Source of the DNA: Mobula hypostoma
Lineage: Eukaryota
Direction of reading: 5' to 3'
Assembly (NCBI RefSeq): GCF_963921235.1
Contig: NC_086097.1
Location: 170,688,001 to 170,752,000, forward strand
DNA: 64,000 nt
Shown: positions 63,936 to 64,000 of the stretch, in pieces
Layout: the number at the start of each line of letters is the position of its first letter
How positions within the stretch are numbered: the stretch's first letter is position 1
The notes under the pieces: generated by a model
What the model was told of the DNA's origin: nothing
The model's database searches: none
Seen by the model: only the letters and a program-made list of their open reading frames with translations
Position numbers and translations under genes: made by a program

Positions 63936-64000
63936 ACTCCCTGTGTGATAGCCACCAAGGCAGACAACACAGTTTCAATGAAACTTGTGTGGAGTGGGTG

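Noticed and set aside
26464..64000. Antisense orientation bias of LINEs as evidence for a + strand intron
   Set aside because: Rex1-type copies are mostly minus both upstream and downstream of the island, and the large CR1 copies are plus; not discriminating.

Overview
Eukaryotic (vertebrate) genomic DNA, not prokaryotic. The repeat families suggest a cartilaginous fish, probably a ray/batoid; this is an inference from recognising the repeats by eye, and no database was run. No intact protein-coding gene is supported: almost every ORF in the track is a decayed transposon frame or microsatellite noise. The window is a dense nested mosaic of CR1 LINEs, Rex1/Babar-type LINEs, an RTE-clade LINE fragment, V-domain (HE1-like) and Deu-domain-like SINEs, hAT and Tc1/mariner DNA transposons and MITEs, one decayed Gypsy LTR element (45385-53284) and many Penelope-like element (PLE) terminal repeats. 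The only clear host signal is a CpG-rich, transposon-poor island (~25850-26960) with a perfect splice donor at 26463/26464, probably a promoter plus non-coding first exon of a + strand gene. Most notable observations: (i) minimal hammerhead-ribozyme motifs in the PLE terminal repeats, one with an intact catalytic core at 55868-55903; (ii) palindromic PLE mini-insertions, one with a target-site duplication; (iii) a Rex1-type LINE with a twin-priming-style 5' inversion; (iv) a nested hAT-in-hAT MITE with a Tigger-like core; (v) an RTE insertion with a 44-bp target-site duplication. Boundaries of old repeats are approximate (tens of bp).
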